Positions 9,943-21,000 of a stretch of DNA of 55,529 bases are shown here, piece after piece. Every line of letters starts with the position of its first letter. The stretch's first letter is position 1. Below the pieces are notes generated by a model. It did not search any database, was not told the DNA's origin, and saw only the letters and a program-made list of their open reading frames with translations. Source of the DNA: Bdellovibrionales bacterium (GTDB taxonomy: Bacteria; Bdellovibrionota; Bdellovibrionia; Bdellovibrionales; JAMPXM01); NCBI GenBank assembly GCA_043739185.1, contig JAYUEN010000101.1, positions 1 to 55,529 of the forward strand. Direction: 5' to 3'. Position numbers and translations under genes: made by a program.

Positions 9943-11451
9943 ATGACACGCATTCAACTCACACTCAAAGCTTGTCTATCCATTTTTATCACCTTTAGCG
10001 TTTGGGGCGCCTTTAATTTCTTAGCAGACCATCTTGTTCACTCAAAGTTGCGTGCTCCCAACGAAGAAACATCTTTTTTTACGAAAATCTTTTCAAATGA
10101 TGAAAAGCTAATTTCAAAAACTTCGCCGGTCGAAATGAGTGCAACTACGAATCGTGCGGTATCTTTTCCGGAAGTTAAAACTGCAAAGCAAAACGAAGTA
10201 AAAGAAAGTGTGCTCAATTATGATCCTGCAATTTTGGCAGCCAATTGGGGAATTTTGAAAACCAATTCACACAAGGCCTGGGAAGTTTCTCAAGGCAGTA
10301 AAGATATTATTGTCGCCGTTATTGATACGGGGGCGGATATCACTCACAAGGGAATTCGCGACAACCTATGGACCAATCAAGGCGAAACCGGCAAAGACAA
10401 ATTTGGCATGAATAAAGAAAATAATAATATTGATGACGATGCCAACGGCTATGTTGACGATGTTCACGGTTATAGCTTCGTACAAAATAATGGCTCAGAC
10501 CTTTCAGACAACCACAGTCACGGAACTCATATCGCCGGCATTATTGGGGCAAGGGGAACTAAAACCGGTGAGTCACGTGGCGTATGTCCTAATGTAAGTT
10601 TGATGATTTTAAAATACTACGATCCGAGAGTTCCAAATACAAACAACCTAAAAAACACTGTCGAATCGATTCGCTATGCAGTCAAGATGAAGGATCAACT
10701 CGATCGGCAAGCTAAAGCCAAGGGCGCACCTACTGTTAATATGATCATCAATTATTCGGGAGGCGGCACAGAGTTTTCTCAAGAAGAACATGATGCTGTA
10801 CAACTCGCAGGTGAGCACGGAATTCTTTTTGTCGCAGCTGCTGGCAATGAACACTCCAATTCAGATGAAAAAGGCAAACACTACTATCCGGCAGATTATG
10901 GCCTCACTAATATCATTTCAGTCACTGCCGTTAATAAAACTGAAACCACTGTACTTCCTTCAAGTAACTACGGCGTACGTTCAGTTGATTTGGCAGCACC
11001 TGGTGAGAATATTTATTCAACCGTTCCTGGTGGCGGTTACAATCTTATGACCGGCACCTCGCAAGCGACGGCCTTTGTTACTGGCGTGGCGGCCTTAGTT
11101 TGGGGTCATAATAAGGAATTGGGCGCTAGCGATGTGAAAAAATATATTATTAAAACTGGCGACGAATATCCGACTCTCCTTTCAAAAACAGGATCAGCAA
11201 AACTCCTCAATTCTTTCAAAGCTCTTGTTAAGATTGATCAGGGTATTGCGGCAACCGGAGTCATTGCGGCCAATACATCGAATCTTACACCTCGAAGCTT
11301 TGCTTCAAGCCATGATGATCGCGATCCGACACTGAATACAAGTGCGCTCATGAACTATTCAGGCCAGACCGAAGCCACCGAATCGATGGCTCAATTTGGG
11401 AGAGATTTTATCAAGATTTTAGATTCCAATCAGAAAAATAATCTGAATTGA
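9943..11451 (+). CDS. Subtilisin-family (S8) serine protease, exported or membrane-anchored
   Basis: VAVIDTG (Asp), HGTHIAG (His), AAAGN (oxyanion), GTSQAT (Ser); N-terminal hydrophobic segment; SD GGGGG. Confidence 0.92.
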   Translation: MTRIQLTLKACLSIFITFSVWGAFNFLADHLVHSKLRAPNEETSFFTKIFSNDEKLISKTSPVEMSATTNRAVSFPEVKTAKQNEVKESVLNYDPAILAANWGILKTNSHKAWEVSQGSKDIIVAVIDTGADITHKGIRDNLWTNQGETGKDKFGMNKENNNIDDDANGYVDDVHGYSFVQNNGSDLSDNHSHGTHIAGIIGARGTKTGESRGVCPNVSLMILKYYDPRVPNTNNLKNTVESIRYAVKMKDQLDRQAKAKGAPTVNMIINYSGGGTEFSQEEHDAVQLAGEHGILFVAAAGNEHSNSDEKGKHYYPADYGLTNIISVTAVNKTETTVLPSSNYGVRSVDLAAPGENIYSTVPGGGYNLMTGTSQATAFVTGVAALVWGHNKELGASDVKKYIIKTGDEYPTLLSKTGSAKLLNSFKALVKIDQGIAATGVIAANTSNLTPRSFASSHDDRDPTLNTSALMNYSGQTEATESMAQFGRDFIKILDSNQKNNLN

Positions 11452-11462
11452 GGCAATCACCT

Positions 11463-13580
11463 TCACTTAAATAGAGCTCGACAAGCTCGAGCCTTTGCAT
11501 TTTGGGTTTCGTCCTTAAATGCTGGAGCTGAAGGGTCCCACTCGGTATTTGAGTTTTTAGGCCCACTGTCAAATTTATTAAGCGAAATGCGATCTGGCGA
11601 TTTGGTCAATGACCTCATCTCAACACGTGCTAAATAGCTGTGATTGAGACTGGCGTCTGGAGCGAGCGCTGCTTTGACTTGAAAGAGAATCTCTTTTCTT
11701 TTGCTAAAGCGTTCGGAACCTGGCTCTTGCTGAGACAATAGTGCCACTTCATTTTCAAGCGCGGCTACCGCCTTCAAGAGCAGCGTATCTTGCTTGCTAA
11801 GCTCAACTAAGCCCTGAAGCCTTGCAAGCACCTCAGCTCGTTCTTGCGCAGATAAAGTACTCGCAAAACCGCCCTTCAAACTTTCTTCAAAACTTACTAA
11901 TTCTATTTGGGCCATCATCAATTCTGCTAGTCGCATATCTAAAAGATTCAATACTCTGGGATTTCCCTTGCTAAATCTAGAATCCATCAGCAAATCTGAA
12001 ATCTGCATTTCAATTTGCGGAAGTCTTTCTTGATAGCCAGATAGCTCGGTTGAATTTTTCTTTAAAAGAGCATTGAGCGAGCTAATTGAAAGTCCTTGAA
12101 TGATGGCCTTCACTTGCGGATTGCCCTCGCGCTCTTGTTTAGAGAGTGTCATCGCAAACTGCAATTCTACTATATTTTGCTTTCGCTTCTCAATTTCAGT
12201 TAAGACTGCGTCTCTTAAAACGATATGATTCAAAAATGGATTTGCTAAGGCAATTCGATCAATATGCTGATCAAAGGCCGCTTGCTTCAAAACACGAAGA
12301 GCACTAAAGGGGTGATCGCTTGAAGCAACTCCGCCAATTTTATTGTAATACTCGGCCCTAGTACTTAGCTTACGATCTAAATTAACTTGATCTCGCATAA
12401 ACTGCACAAGATCTTGAACTTGAGATGATGTTAATCTGGTTTTGATTTCGCCACCTGCAAAGACAGCATCCATCATTGCGGCTCGGCTTGGACGAACAAC
12501 GATATTACCAAATGCATCGGCGCTAGACTCCATATTACGAGAGTCGGCGGGAGTCACAACTTTTTCAAAGAGTTGAGTTGCTTGATCTAGATTGGCTTTT
12601 CTTATTTGCTTCACTCCCATATCGTCGCGATAGGCTTTCAGAAGCGCAATATCTGAGGCATTTATTTCCATCTTTTCATAAGTTGAAATTTTAAGATCTA
12701 GATATTGCTGTAAAACCGTCGCCCTTTGCTCTCCACTAAATGATTTTGAAATCGTCTCATCGGTATTTTTCATCATCATCATAAAAGCGTCACTCATCTC
12801 GTCCGCATTGATTTTAAATCGAGCGCCCAAACGAGCGATTGCCTTTGCGGCCATATCGTCTCGAATTTTCTCCCAAGCTCTGAGCTCAGCCATCGACATC
12901 GCGCCTGAATCCGAGGCAGACAATTGCTTGACCACTTGAATTTGCAAAACCGAATCCAAAACCCCAATGAAAACGTGCCCGCTCCTGATATGACCAAGCT
13001 CATGGCCCATCACTCCGCGAAGCTCTGAAGGAGTTGCAATATCATCAAGTCCTGTGAGCAACTCAAAACCAACGCCATCAACCGACGCTGTATAGGCGTC
13101 GGCATTGACCTCACCCATTTTTCTAAAAAATTTTGCTCTTGCCATTTGTTTGCGACTAAAACCTTGGGCTCGCATCACACGCATCAGTTGATGATACAGA
13201 CGTGGATTCGATTTTTTCGTAATCAAAAACTCTTCAAGCAAATTGCCACTTGTAGTAGATTTTAGATCTGCCAGAAATTGTGCTCTTAAGCCTGGAACCA
13301 ATTTTTGCATCATGGGGCTTGCGTCTAAGAAGCCCTCTAATGAAATATCGCCCACCGTTTTAAGTCGCATTTTCTGTGCATTTAAATAAGCCTGGTTGAG
13401 CAGAGTATCTCCCATAAAATCGAGAAAGGATTCGCGCGATTGATTGTGGTGACCTCTTGACTGAATTCTTAGATAGAGACTTCCGGCCGCTGCGTTTTGA
13501 TCATCTGAACCACCCCAGGCCTGCATCTGAGGAATTAAAATACTTGAGATGAGCGCAAGCTTGATCAACTTTTTTTGCAC
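11463..13580 (-). CDS. Secreted M48 (HtpX-like) zinc metallopeptidase with long helical C-terminal extension
   Basis: ELRGVMGHELGHI (HExxH), SRNMESSAD, SDHP...R motifs. Start moved to GTG 13580 (GGAGG 7 nt upstream), which exposes a signal peptide. Confidence 0.75.
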   Translation of the reverse strand: MQKKLIKLALISSILIPQMQAWGGSDDQNAAAGSLYLRIQSRGHHNQSRESFLDFMGDTLLNQAYLNAQKMRLKTVGDISLEGFLDASPMMQKLVPGLRAQFLADLKSTTSGNLLEEFLITKKSNPRLYHQLMRVMRAQGFSRKQMARAKFFRKMGEVNADAYTASVDGVGFELLTGLDDIATPSELRGVMGHELGHIRSGHVFIGVLDSVLQIQVVKQLSASDSGAMSMAELRAWEKIRDDMAAKAIARLGARFKINADEMSDAFMMMMKNTDETISKSFSGEQRATVLQQYLDLKISTYEKMEINASDIALLKAYRDDMGVKQIRKANLDQATQLFEKVVTPADSRNMESSADAFGNIVVRPSRAAMMDAVFAGGEIKTRLTSSQVQDLVQFMRDQVNLDRKLSTRAEYYNKIGGVASSDHPFSALRVLKQAAFDQHIDRIALANPFLNHIVLRDAVLTEIEKRKQNIVELQFAMTLSKQEREGNPQVKAIIQGLSISSLNALLKKNSTELSGYQERLPQIEMQISDLLMDSRFSKGNPRVLNLLDMRLAELMMAQIELVSFEESLKGGFASTLSAQERAEVLARLQGLVELSKQDTLLLKAVAALENEVALLSQQEPGSERFSKRKEILFQVKAALAPDASLNHSYLARVEMRSLTKSPDRISLNKFDSGPKNSNTEWDPSAPAFKDETQNAKARACRALFK

Positions 13581-13627
13581 AGTGAAGCCTCCAACGAGAT
13601 ACAATTCTTGAATTCTAAGAGCTTAGA

Positions 13628-13642
13628 GCAAGGCTTATGCCT
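13628..13642 (-). promoter_or_regulatory. Putative sigma54 promoter of the M48 peptidase
   Basis: Minus strand AGGCAT-AAGCC-TTGC (GG-N10-GC). Confidence 0.55.
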
Positions 13643-13754
13643 AGACATTTTTATTTCGAGTGAACCCGAACTCGACCAGATTTTCGGCTATATATTTATT
13701 ACAAGATCACGGTGACAATTTTTGTAAAGGCACTGCTTAGATTTGGAACGGGAT

Positions 13755-13835
13755 TCAAATCAGTTTGCTGGCAGCCGCGACTGCTATCCGTTTGTCAGTT
13801 TCGGTTTCAATATCAGTATCAGATACAGATACCGT
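13755..13835 (-). repeat. Dispersed hexamer-periodic intergenic repeat, copy B
   Basis: Reverse complement of 13770-13809 matches copy C at 32/40, followed by the shared AAACTGATTTGA tail. Confidence 0.7.
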
Positions 13836-13898
13836 TTGTCATGGCTCTATACCAACGGCTGACTCAAGTTTATCTTAAGAAAAGACGATTCAAAGTTT

Positions 13899-14447
13899 AT
13901 GATAAACTCAATTCGTATTTTTATTTGTATGGGCCTCGTCGTCGCTTGCAATAACTCCTTTGCAGCGGCTGCGAAATCTGAAACCAAAGCTTTTGATCTC
14001 GGATCAGAGTGGGTGAAAAATCAGGATGACGGTGGCATTCCCGATGGAATGTGGAATCTCAAGTCCAATAAAGATATTTATGTGACGGCCATGTCACGAA
14101 CTTTCATTCCACCAAAGGCTCAAGTTGAAGAAAAGCAAGCCAAAGATGTTGTAGCTTCTTTGACCGAAGGCAGAAGCAAAGCCCTGAACCTTGTTGGCAT
14201 TACGGATTGGCACATTGACGATAATAAATTCACTAAAGGTCATGATCAATTTTCAATTAAAATTCACGGAAGTTTTCACGATACCAATTCGGTTCCGGTT
14301 GAATTCAACGAAGTTCATATTTGGCATAAAACCAAATATCAAAGTCTCACAATAAATTATCCAAAAGATTCGAAGTTTGGCGAAACCAAACAACCAGAAC
14401 AAATGATGAATCGCTTCATTTCATCTGTGACTGAAGGTGAAAAATGA
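13899..14447 (+). CDS. Secreted hypothetical protein, possibly Mog1/PsbP (DcrB/DUF1795-like) fold
   Basis: Signal peptide; beta-rich pattern ending EFNEVHIW...LTINYP...MMNRFISSV. Fold is an impression only. Confidence 0.55.
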   Translation: MINSIRIFICMGLVVACNNSFAAAAKSETKAFDLGSEWVKNQDDGGIPDGMWNLKSNKDIYVTAMSRTFIPPKAQVEEKQAKDVVASLTEGRSKALNLVGITDWHIDDNKFTKGHDQFSIKIHGSFHDTNSVPVEFNEVHIWHKTKYQSLTINYPKDSKFGETKQPEQMMNRFISSVTEGEK

Positions 14448-17425
14448 AATCCCTATTAGTTCCTATTCTCATTCTTGTAGGTCTTGCAGTTAGCCATCCA
14501 GTCAAAGCAGAATCCGATGCCGACAAAGAACGCGCTGCAATTTTAAAATCAAATCCTGATCTTGCCAAAGTTATGAGTGGGCCTTGTAAAAGCGTCGATG
14601 CGGCAAAACTTTCTAAAGACTATATCATACGAGGCTCTGATCTTAAATCAGATCAAGACAAACCAGGCAGTCGTCTCTGGATGTTTTCAAATTTAAATAA
14701 TGATATTGCAACTGCAAATGCCAAAAAGCCCAAAGACGAAGCCAACCTCAGTTGTCTCACAAATTTAAGAGCTGCCGGAGCCAAAGAACAACTTCAATAC
14801 TGGATTTCTCGTGGGGTCATTGCTTCATGCGAGAAAGCTCCACCGCCGGATCCCAAGGAATGCAATTGGGTCGACGACAATGTCAAATATGCCCTCAAGC
14901 AGAACGCCAAGGCAAATTCGCCAGCCTCAGACGCGGCTCCTCACGAAGCCTTTCGCAAAGCCGAACACGGGCTTGAAGCCTGCACCACTTGCAAAGATGA
15001 CAAAAAAACTACCGACGTTGCAGACGTTGCGGCCAAAGCAGTTGATAAAGCTTGTTGCGATGTCTTTCGTCAACGAGACGGAGAACTCAGTGAAAAGCAA
15101 TGTACTGATTTACACACCGGCTCGCAAAGACTCGACGATAGAATCTGGGGACTCAGTTGCGGAAAAGACTTTGCCATGGGAGCCATCAAAGGGATTTGGT
15201 CAAGTTTGAAAAGTCTTGTCACTGTACCTTTTGATTTATTAAAACTTTCAGCAAAGGGTTTCAAAGCGGCATGGGATTGGGGCTGGGGAAAAGAAATTGA
15301 TAATGATTCAATTTATTCAGGATTTGGGACCCTCGCTCAAGAACTTCAAAAAAATCCTGGCAAAGCTGGCATGCGAGTCGCTGAGGCCATCATGCAAACT
15401 TTTACTGGACACAATCAAGACTACTGGAATTGCCTACATGAAAGCCAAAGAGGCAAATATATTTGCGCAAACTTAGGCACCTTCACGAGCCAAGTTGGTA
15501 TGCTTTCTGGCGGCTGGCTTGCGGTCCTAAAAATTCTTCAAGCGGGTAAGGTGGCCATCGCGGCAAGTTCGGCAGCAAAGGCTATAAGCCCAGCTCTGAC
15601 AGGTACTGCCGCAAAGCTCGGGAAAATCGCCAAAGCTGTTATGGGCTCAACTAAAGCCGGAGCTGAAGCTGAAACTGCTGCTGACGCTGAAGCCGTTGCG
15701 GCTGGAGGCCTTCGTGGCGCTCGCCTAGACAGCCCAGCCGGTAACCTCATCACTTCAAATCCAAATTTATTAGCGGCCAAAAAAGCTCTCTACAAACTTG
15801 AAGCTGAAAAATCCAAACTAACAACTTCGATAAAAAGCGGAAGTTTAAATTCTGCTGAAGCAGAAACTGCGGGCAAAGCCCTTGCTCAAATCGAAAGCGA
15901 AATTGCCAGGACCAAAGATTTACAACGAACGTTGGCTGCATCTGTGAAGTCTACTGATTCTGTCGAAAGCTTAGAAGCGGCAAAGAAATACTTAAGTTCC
16001 CTACCAACAAAAGCAAATCCTGAATTGCAGGCTGAAATCGCAGCACAAATTGCAATTAAAGATCAGCAAATTGCTGCCGCTACCACACGCGCGGCAGATG
16101 AAGCGGCTGCGGTCGCCGCAAAGGCTGGCACAAAAGCCGCCACTCAAGTTGAAACCGCCGCCGCTGCTTCAAAAGCCAGTCCTGAACTTGTGAGTGCACA
16201 AAAAGCACTGCGAGCTGCCCAAGAGAGAAAGCGCTATTGGGCAAAGAAGCCTGAGACCGCAGCCACTAAAGCGGCCAATATGGCTGCGGCAGATAAGAGC
16301 ATTCAAGATAGCAAAGCATTGATTCAATCACTAAGAGTCAAAGCAACAACCGAAGCTGCTAGTGATGCGGCAAGCGCTGGCGCGAAAGCTACGGCTGCCG
16401 CTGCCACCGGAGCTTCGGACGCCGCAAACGCAACTAAAGCGGCTGACGCGGTTGCAACTACTGCTGCTACTGAAGCTGAACTCAATGCGGCTCGAGAAAC
16501 TTTAATTGCAGCTCAATTACAAAAGAAAAATTTACTTAAGAGTTTAGATGCCAGTGGTGACGAAGCCACTCGAGTGGCGATCAGCCAACAAATCGCAGCG
16601 GCAAATAAGCAAGTTAACGAGGCTGGTGCAGCCCTTAAGGCCCTGTTGCCTGTAAGAACCGCCGTTACTTCTGCCGCCTCTGATGCCACCGCGACAGCAG
16701 CAGCGACCACTGGTAAAGCTGTTCAAGCGGCACAAGTAGCTCAAGGAAGCGGAAGGCTCTATAATACTGCCAAATCTGCTGGCCAAGTCGTCGGAAGCCT
16801 CAAGCGAAAGTTCTCTGACTTTAAGAAACCCTACGATAAATTTGTTGCCGAGCTTCGTGAAAATAAGGCCAATGTCGAAAAGATTGGTGCTGAATTAAAG
16901 CCACTAAAGACCAAATTAGCTGAAGAGAAAGCGGCCCTTGGTAAACTAAATAAATTTACTGAAAAAGAAAAATTTCAAGCTTTGAGTAAACAGAGAGCCG
17001 AAACGCAAATTGCAATCGATACTCTTAAAGCCCAACAGCAAGCCTTAAAAGCTGAACGAGTGACGAGACGAAATGCTTATCGATTATGGTTAGGTGGCAA
17101 GCTAAAGAGATACAGTGTTGGCTTTACCGCAATTGCACTTGAATCCATTGTTAACAATCCGCCCGACGGTGATGATAGTGAAGTCGACGACGCTCACGAC
17201 GCCGTTGACGCCGCAAAAGCAGGTAAGGGTGACTTTGATGATTCCAAACCTGCTTCAGGCCTTCCGACTTTACCAGCGCCCAAGGCCGCTCCGGCTGCTG
17301 CGTCGGCTCCGGCTGCTGCAGCGCCAGCTGCAGCTCCGCGAAAAGTAGTTCCTCCGGCGCCCGCTCCGCCTGCCGCGGCTCCCGCTGCCCCCGCAGCTCC
17401 GGCACCAGCAGCACCCGCTCAATAG
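14444..17425 (+). CDS. Large secreted protein: Cys-rich N-domain, amphipathic/hydrophobic segments, Ala-rich helical repeats, Pro/Ala tail
   Basis: 993-aa ORF with signal peptide (VKA/ES); ATGA overlap with the upstream gene; terminator follows. Confidence 0.75.
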   Translation: MKSLLVPILILVGLAVSHPVKAESDADKERAAILKSNPDLAKVMSGPCKSVDAAKLSKDYIIRGSDLKSDQDKPGSRLWMFSNLNNDIATANAKKPKDEANLSCLTNLRAAGAKEQLQYWISRGVIASCEKAPPPDPKECNWVDDNVKYALKQNAKANSPASDAAPHEAFRKAEHGLEACTTCKDDKKTTDVADVAAKAVDKACCDVFRQRDGELSEKQCTDLHTGSQRLDDRIWGLSCGKDFAMGAIKGIWSSLKSLVTVPFDLLKLSAKGFKAAWDWGWGKEIDNDSIYSGFGTLAQELQKNPGKAGMRVAEAIMQTFTGHNQDYWNCLHESQRGKYICANLGTFTSQVGMLSGGWLAVLKILQAGKVAIAASSAAKAISPALTGTAAKLGKIAKAVMGSTKAGAEAETAADAEAVAAGGLRGARLDSPAGNLITSNPNLLAAKKALYKLEAEKSKLTTSIKSGSLNSAEAETAGKALAQIESEIARTKDLQRTLAASVKSTDSVESLEAAKKYLSSLPTKANPELQAEIAAQIAIKDQQIAAATTRAADEAAAVAAKAGTKAATQVETAAAASKASPELVSAQKALRAAQERKRYWAKKPETAATKAANMAAADKSIQDSKALIQSLRVKATTEAASDAASAGAKATAAAATGASDAANATKAADAVATTAATEAELNAARETLIAAQLQKKNLLKSLDASGDEATRVAISQQIAAANKQVNEAGAALKALLPVRTAVTSAASDATATAAATTGKAVQAAQVAQGSGRLYNTAKSAGQVVGSLKRKFSDFKKPYDKFVAELRENKANVEKIGAELKPLKTKLAEEKAALGKLNKFTEKEKFQALSKQRAETQIAIDTLKAQQQALKAERVTRRNAYRLWLGGKLKRYSVGFTAIALESIVNNPPDGDDSEVDDAHDAVDAAKAGKGDFDDSKPASGLPTLPAPKAAPAAASAPAAAAPAAAPRKVVPPAPAPPAAAPAAPAAPAPAAPAQ

Positions 17426-17427
17426 GC

Positions 17428-17460
17428 AAAAAAAAACCGCAGCTTTTGGCCGCGGTTTTT
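17428..17460. terminator. Bidirectional intrinsic terminator
   Basis: A9-CCGCAGC-TTTTG-GCCGCGG-T5 between convergent genes. Confidence 0.8.
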
Positions 17461-17484
17461 CAAAATTAAACTAACAAGAAGATT

Positions 17485-17952
17485 TTACTCTTCACATTTC
17501 GCTAATAATTCTGTTCTAGACTTTTGAATTCTCGAAGCAATGCGGTCCATTTTGCCAACCATTGCCGAATCTGACATATCTGGTTCGCGCAAAATTTTGA
17601 AAACATCTGCACTATGATCGCCTAATTTTCCGTCTTTAGCCAAAGGCAAAAGTTTATCAGAAACTTTACGGGCTTGTGCGATTTCAACAGCTGTTGCCTT
17701 TACTGCAATTTTAGATTTTAGAGCACGCTCAGCGGCCTGCTCGTCGGCAAGTTCAGTACGAGTACCAGCAGTTTCATGAGATAATTGTGCACCTTCAAGT
17801 CTAAGTTTTGGGTCAACAACCTGATCGCCTTCTAAAACGTTTTCGCCTCTATTATCACGTCCTTTTACTTCACCAGGTTTTGGCAAAGCGAAAGCACTTG
17901 AACTTGCTAAAGCAAGAGCTAAACCTAATTGTACTAATGCTAATTTTTTCAT
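17485..17952 (-). CDS. Secreted hypothetical protein
   Basis: Start at MKKLALVQ (ATG 17952, SD AAGGAG); signal peptide ending AFA. Confidence 0.75.
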   Translation of the reverse strand: MKKLALVQLGLALALASSSAFALPKPGEVKGRDNRGENVLEGDQVVDPKLRLEGAQLSHETAGTRTELADEQAAERALKSKIAVKATAVEIAQARKVSDKLLPLAKDGKLGDHSADVFKILREPDMSDSAMVGKMDRIASRIQKSRTELLAKCEE

Positions 17953-18052
17953 CTTTTCTCCTTTAAATATTAAAATCAAATTTTTGATTTTAGTTAATTT
18001 TTTATTTCATTTCTCACTTAAAACTCTTTTTAAACTTACTTTCTTCTTAGAT

Positions 18053-21000
18053 CTACTTGGGCTGACTTGCTTCCTCCTTGTTGTCCGGTTTAAAAGCCTT
18101 AGCCAGCTTGTCTCGACCTGACTTACGCATCGATTCGGGCTGATCTAATAGCCGTTCCTCAATCTTCTCAGCCTTGAGAAAATTGTTGTATGAATTACGT
18201 TCTTGCAAAAGGCTTTCCAGCGCCCTAAAAATCAAGCCAGCTAATTTGGCTTGTAAATCATTAATTTCATTGAGCCTTGAAAGTGTAAAAAACATTTGCA
18301 GATCGGCCAAGGCCTTCTCAGACTGCTCAACATTGAAACTAGTAAGCCCATTTTTGTCAGGACTCATATCCGATACCTTAGCTCGAAAGCTGCGAGAAAA
18401 CTCAATTTCAAAACCCTTTAATTGCTCTAAATTAGCCGGCATTGGGTTCTGGATTTTCGGAAATAACTTAGGTAATTCTGGCGGCGCCATAGGATTCGCC
18501 TTTGGATCCGGAATTGTCGTGCTACTCACTTCATATTTAAATATAGTTCGACGTGTATCTAACATTTCAAGGCTCTCAGGCTTCATTGATCCCTTGAGAT
18601 TGGCTTTTAGTGCTGATGTTGTTGATAAAGCATTTTGCTCATCGCCTTCGCGGGCTTTCTTCATCATCTCATCTGGATACATATAGATCTCATTGAGCAT
18701 TCCCAAAAGCACTCGGATTTCGACTTCCATGCTTTGATAAACTCCAAGTGAAACCTTGTGTACTTTCCAAGACTGAAGACAATTTTTTCCGCTTCTGCAG
18801 CCATCCGTGTATTTGTCTCTCAACAAACTCACCCTAAGCTCTTGCTTGAGAATTCTGCCAAAAACTCCTTGAAACGCCTCATAGCCAGCATCTAGTGGGC
18901 CTTGAATATTATCGTCGTACCAATTCACAAAATTAGTTCCGGTTGGATCTTTCGGGTCGTTCATGATTTCGGGTTGTAAGTGCGAAATAACAAATGGCAA
19001 GAGGCCTTTGTATTCTTGTTTGCCATCACTCCAAGTTCCGGTGGCGACACTTTGATCCCCAGTTTTAGGGTGCATACAAATTTCGCCATTACCGACTACA
19101 ATTCTTGGAGGAACAAAGCGCGGATAAAGTCCTGCCGGGGTATAAATCATCGCCGAATTCGGGTCTTTCATTTTTTCATCAAAAACTCTAAACTCATCAT
19201 AGCCAAGCACTGGAATGGCTCGATAAATTAGCTCAAGACCCGCGCCCAATTTGCGAGTCCATTTTCCAAAAAAGTTTTCATAGGTTTGAGAAGACAGCTC
19301 TTTGTAAAAAGCTGTGGTATCTTTGACACTAGGTCCGCAAGCCATTTGCGCGATGAGATAGTCGGTATTATTTGAAATCTTAACTTCAGCGACGCCATCA
19401 TTCCAACCAAAAAAAGACGGCAAAAAGTTTTCGTCTTTTGATTCACTTGAATCTTTGCAAACATAGTCGCCTTCTTGACACTGAACTTCATGCTTTGATT
19501 TTGCTTCATTAGACAATACCAATGACTTCACGCCATCATAAGTCAATGGAGTGACATTGACCGGACCCCTTGGACCCGGATAAGTTGTTTCATTGTGGCT
19601 CACTGCAAATTGGCTCTTTATAAGGGCGCGGTAAGTATAATAGGTTATTTTCGTCATATCTTGAAATTTAGAAAGACCCTGCATCCAAGCACTGGTGGCA
19701 TTGGTTAAGGGTGACAACAAGAAGTTGCGATGTTTCGTATTGCGATCAATAAATGAAACCAAATTGTCATAGACATTGATATCCACCAAGCATTTCTTCT
19801 CTTCTTTATTTAGTCCGATATAAAACTGAATTGCTTCTTTAAAGCTAAGCTGAGCTGCGTTCGAAAGCCTTGGGCTGCAATGACTTACATCGTAAGTTTG
19901 CCAGAAATCTTTTTTAGAATATTCAAGAGAGGAAAGTAAAGCTTCATGAGAGTCGCGAATAATTTCGAAATTATCTTGTGGAAAGTCGACCACTTTTGAA
20001 TCGCGTAGGGTCTTTGAGATCTGCTGAGGCTCTATCATATTAATAAGTGAGATATCTCCACTTTCCTTGCGCGCGGCTACATTGTATTTCACCCATAGGC
20101 GAAAGAATTTTAGAAAGGTATCGAGATCGAATTCTTTCATCCAATTCTCTTTAATCTTTTCATCGGTGAATTGCGGAAAGTAATTGGGAGCAATACTTGA
20201 AAGCCCAGCATATATTCCGTAACTCAGCGACGTGAGTGGCCATACACTCGACGTACTCACACTTTCTTTGGCTCTTCTGAGCCAAGATCTCTGCTCTGCC
20301 AAATAGTTTTTTGTATATGCTTTCATTGCCGGAGATGAAACCGTTGCATCGACGGCCATAAATAGTCCCAATCCAAAGAGTCCGCCAGCGAAACCACGAC
20401 CGAAAACTAAGAAGCCGCGCTCCCAGGCCGCAGTGGCTGCACGACTTCCGATCGGCAAACCTCTAAGTCTTATAGTTACGCGCTCGCCAAATCCTGGCTG
20501 AGCTGCCTTTATCAATCTAGCAGCCATTCGGTCTGCTTCAGTTTTTCCGGTAATTGAATCGCTGATGACATTTTTAACTTTACCTACGCCTCTAGCGCTC
20601 TTCTGCAGTACTTTTGTAAGTTCAGCCGAGATCAGTGCTGACGCCATATTCTGAATCATCATCGGAATATACTGAACGATCCGATCCGTTTTTACCCAGG
20701 TATCAAAAGCCGCATCACATTTGTCTAAGTCGGTTCCACGTGAAGCCGCACAAAGGCGAATATTCTTATCATTCCAAAGTTCGCCGACAACTGTCGACAT
20801 CACAAGTCCAACCGCCATACCCATTTGTTGCACAGCTAAGGCACTCTTGGGCCCGTTCATTTTCAAATAGTCTCTTAAAAATTTTTGAAATAAATTGTCT
20901 GCACCGACGAACGCGCCAAACGAAACCACACTCTCGGCAGCGCGATCCCAGCTGGTGTATTGCTTAATATGATTTTGAAGTGCCACCGGATCATTTTCAT

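Noticed and set aside
13712..13954. 80-aa ORF, and the similar 26572-26922 ORF, as a peptide family
   Set aside because: Similarity comes only from the DNA repeat; copy A has a stop in that frame and both ORFs overlap real genes.
18174..18686. 170-aa plus-strand ORF and other short nested ORFs in the track
   Set aside because: Antisense or out-of-frame within longer, better supported genes.
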